64,000 nt of DNA, from NCBI GenBank assembly GCA_030390025.1, contig CM059453.1, positions 7,068,001 through 7,132,000 on the forward strand, in the 5' to 3' direction. This stretch comes from Squalus acanthias. Taxonomy: Eukaryota. Under the pieces are notes generated by a model that saw only the letters and a list, made by a program, of their open reading frames with translations, did not search any database and had not been told where the DNA came from. A program made the position numbers and the translations under genes. This document shows positions 60,294 through 64,000 of this stretch, piece after piece. Each line of letters starts with the position of its first letter. Position 1 is the stretch's first letter.

Positions 60294-63200
60294 TTACCAC
60301 ATTCTCCCTCCATTTTGTAGCCGCTGGACGAGGGAGAGCCGCACCCGTTTGGGTTCTCGTAGCGGTAGAGGGCCCCTAGCCCGTTTACCCGTCGCGGGCC
60401 GTGGACCAGAGTCCGAGTGATCCAGCCCGCTCTGTGAGGGGTCAGGACGATCCTGACTGTGTACTGGTGCCCGAACGGGTGTCAGGCAGGGCTGTGGTAG
60501 ATCCGTTTCCAAGCGCATGGTATGGGGTGGATCGTGGCTGTGCGTGCGAGCCCCGACGGGCTCGTAGTCAGTCTGCCCCAGGTCGGCACGCTGGAGTGAG
60601 GTACCAGCCGGCGTCAGATCCAGATCGTGATGAGAGGCACCTGGCGAGTCCAGAGATGTGCCTGGTACAATATCATCCCCTGGTGTCCCTCTATGTTTCG
60701 GCGGGCAGGGAGCCAGATCCCGTAATGACACGGTAGATTCCCGACCGTCAGTATACCGAATATAGGCGTAGGTAGGGTTGACGTCAGTGAGCTCAACCTC
60801 ATCTACCAGGGGGTCATTCTTAGACGCCAGAACATATCTTCAGAGTAGCACTGGTCCCGGTGCAGTCAGCCACGACGGGAGAGATATCCCATAGGATGAG
60901 CGACGCTGAAATCGGAACAACCGTTCATGAGGCGTCATATTTGTGGCGGTCGAAAGGAGGGACCGTGTGGAGTGTAATGCGTCTGGAAGTACTGCTTCCC
61001 ATTGCTGGTTGGGTAGGCCCCGAGATCTCAAAGCCAGATGTACCGCATTCCAGATGATAGCGTTAAAACGCTCGACTTGCCCATTCCCGACCGGATGATA
61101 AGGCGTCGTTCTGCTGGCAGCAATACCCCGTTCCGAGAGATAGGCCTTGAGTTCTCCTGACATAAAAGAAGGGCCCCGATCCGAATGAACATAGGATGCC
61201 ATGCCACAGAAAGCAAATACCTGCTCAAGGCAGCTGATAACCGTGGTCGTCAGCATATTGGGGCAGGGAAAGGCAAATGGAAAACGGGAATACTCATCGA
61301 CCATGGTCAATAGATAAGTGTTGCGAGTTGAAGAGGGCAACGGCCCCTTAAAATCGATGCTAAGCCGTTGCATTGGCTGGGTCGCATGTATGAGTATACC
61401 ACCCGAGGGGCGGAAAAACTGAGGTTTCAATTCCGCACAGACTCTGCAGTCCGAGCACATCTTCTTTACATCCCCGGTAGAGAATGGGAGATTTCGGGAC
61501 CGCACGAAGTGTAGCATGCGAGTAACGCCCGGATGACACAACCCATCATGGATGTCTACGAGCGTAGAGGGTGCCATGGCGGAGCAGAATGCTCGTGTGA
61601 GGGTATCCGGAGCCACATTCTCCTTGCCAGGTCGATAGTGGATGGTGTAACCAAAAGAGGCCAATTCCAGCCGCCAAAGCTGGATTTTATTATTTTTAAT
61701 TTTGGTCCGTTTTCGATTATCGAGCATGAAGGCGACCGATCGCTGGTCCGTGATTAAGGTAAAGTGCTGGCGAGCTAGGAGATGAGTCCACTTCCGTACT
61801 GCCTCTATGATGGCTGTAGCTTCTTTCTCGACTGGAGGATAATGTAGCTCAGCCCCTTGAAAAGTCCTGGACAAAAATGCCACCGGACGACCTTCCTGAT
61901 TCAGAGTGGCCGAGATCGCCACCTCCGAGGCATCACACTCAACAACAAAAGGAAGACTCTCATCGATGGAGTGAAGAGCTGCTTTCTCCAACTGTTTTTT
62001 CAGGAGGTTAAAGGCTGCAACAGCCGCTGTGTCTAGTGGGAATGTGCTGGCCTTCAGTAGAGGTTGGATTCGGTCCGAGAAGTTAGGAATCCATTTAGCA
62101 TAGTATGCAAACAGGCCGAGGGCTCGGCGCAAGGAGGCTGGATTCTTAGGTGGCGGGAGTTCTTGGAGTGGGCGAAGCCTTTCAGGGTCAGGTTTAATGA
62201 TGCCATTGCCCACACAATAGCCAAGGATGTTGATGGTTGGTTGTGACTCAATGGATTTAGCCGCATTTAATGTCAAATTACGGTGCTGGAGTGCATCCCA
62301 AAATCGTTGGAGATTGGCGTCATGTTCCCGCTGATTGCGACCTGCGACAGTAATATTGTCCAGATAAGGAAACGTATCCTTTAAGTCTACCTGTTTGACC
62401 AGGTCATCCATTGCTCGCTGGAAGACAGCCACTCCATTAGTGACCCCAAAGGGGAGGCGACGAAATTGATACAGCCGTCCATTGGCTTCAAAGGCCGTAT
62501 ACTGCTTGTCTGAGACCTTCAAGGGTACCTGATGATAGGCACTTTTCAGATCATATGTTGAGAACACCGTGTACTCAGCCAGTTTATTAACCATATCATC
62601 GATGCGCGGCAATGGGTATGCGTCCAAGTCCGTATATTGATTGATGGTCTGTGAATAGTCAATGCACAGCCGTTTCTTGTGAGGTTGTAGAGGGTTCTTA
62701 ACAATAACGACCTGGGCGCGCCATGGCGACGAACAAGGCTCGATGATATCCTCTGCTAAAAACCGAGAAATCTCAGCCGCAATAAAAGACTGGTCTTCCT
62801 GACTGAAACGTCGTGACTTTGTTATAATCGGTTTGCATCGAGGAGGGATACTGGTAAACAGTGAGGGTTCATCCAGTGAAGCTGCTGACAATGCACAGAA
62901 CGGTAATCGAGGTCGTATATTAGAAATAGTGAGTTCAGGTTTGGATCCGCCGAACTCAATGGTGAGCTTCTTATGCTGCTTTTGAAAATCTAGCCCTAAG
63001 ATAAGATCACTACATAAGTCCTTGAGCACCGAAAGCCGGGTGGAGGGAAACCTGTGACCATTAAGTGTTATTTCAACCATACAAAAGCCAGAAATTCTGG
63101 TATTAAGTGATGACTGAGCCATCGCAATTGCCTGGTCCGATGGGAAAACATGTAGCTTTAACTCTGCAACAATCTGTTCCCTAATGAAACTATCAGTGCT

Positions 63201-64000
63201 ACCTGAGTCAATTAAGGCATCTAAAGTATGTCCATTAATTGATGCTTTTGTAGCTGCATGGAATAGGTTCTGAGGACAAGCAGCTGTAATTGGTGTCGTT
63301 GCACAAAGAGTGGCTGAAACTCTAGGTGTGTTTCTTCGAGAGAAAACCCGAGAGGAAGCACGATAGATTTTAGCCGGAACATCTTGATAGGCCCTTACCG
63401 GGGCAGTTCGGTAGGACTTAGCTTGATAAGCCCTCGTAGAGGCTCTTGATAGGCAAACCTTTGCAAAATGACCCTTTTTGTTGCAATGACTGCAAAACGC
63501 ATTGCGAGCAGGGCAGAATTTCCGAGGGTGAAACTCATCACCACAAAAGAAGCATTTCTTAGATTGCCAAGAGGCTGCCACAGTGGGATCATCATCCTCT
63601 TCATCAGTGAAGTCATCAGATTGATCGTCAGGGATAAAGTCCTCCCTAATAGAGTTCACCTGTGGCCTCTTAAATTGCCTGACTGTAGTTAAGGCAGCAG
63701 ACCGAGGTCTGGGCACTGTATAAAGGTCTGCATTTCTTTTTGCCAGATCTAGAGAGCAAGCCATGTCATAAGCTCTCTGAAGCTCAAGTGTCTTACTTTC
63801 CAGTAGACGCTGGCGTATAAATGGGGAGGCAAGCCCGCAGATGAAAGCATCACGGATCATTTCTTCACGGTACAGCTCAGCTGAGGCCGCCTGAAAGTTA
63901 CAGTCCATACTAAGTCTGCGAAGCTCTTGGAGGAATTTATCAATGGATTCCTCCGGCCCTTGTTGGGCTGTAGCTAGTAGATGTCTGGCATAGACCTCAT
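60294..64000 (-). CDS. Gypsy gag-pol polyprotein (two CCHC knuckles, protease, RT, RNase H, integrase) with one in-frame TGA at 60840-42; 5' end outside the window
   Basis: CFFCGDEFHPRKFC and CSHCNKKGHFAKVC; LIDSGS; LPFG...YLDNI; CDAS...EKEA; H..H..CxxC, IDFKG, SDRG, GQVER. The frame is open to 64000 and continues after the stop into ORF 60294-60731. Confidence 0.95.

Larger units (their letters stand above)
60037..64000 (-). mobile_element. Ty3/Gypsy LTR retrotransposon (Mag-like), young, running off the window end
   Basis: 3' LTR 60037-60230 with TGTGGTAA...TTACGACA termini, adjacent PPT GGGGGGGGAGAA, and a single gag-pol ORF. Confidence 0.95.

Overview
This is eukaryotic, repeat-rich vertebrate DNA, most likely from a cartilaginous fish (shark or ray), judged from an HE1/V-SINE, Deu-type SINEs and dense CR1 LINEs. 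It holds a tandem array of three copies of a + strand Siglec/MAG/CD33-like receptor gene, with leader ATG positions at 17601, 33782 and 53656. A diverged leader-only remnant sits near 2057. The exon layout is leader - V-set Ig - three C2-type Ig - TM - two cytoplasmic exons with tyrosine motifs. Every copy has lesions. Copy 1 has a broken V-exon acceptor, a stop in Ig2 and no cytoplasmic exons. Copy 3 has lost its ATG, has a 92-bp frameshift deletion in Ig3 and carries an intronic Gypsy insertion. Copy 2's main coding lesions fall in one skippable phase-1 exon, so it could still encode a 384-aa receptor with the sialic-acid-binding Arg, although its V domain has a core Trp->Arg change. Upstream are two degenerate ERV-like elements with different LTRs and PBSs (tRNA-Arg and tRNA-Leu) that share an AT-rich internal scaffold. 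One carries class III (spuma/ERV-L-related) pol fragments and a spliced accessory-like ORF. The right end is a young, nearly intact Gypsy (Mag-like) element on the - strand. All calls come from reading the sequence by eye, and TE boundaries are approximate.
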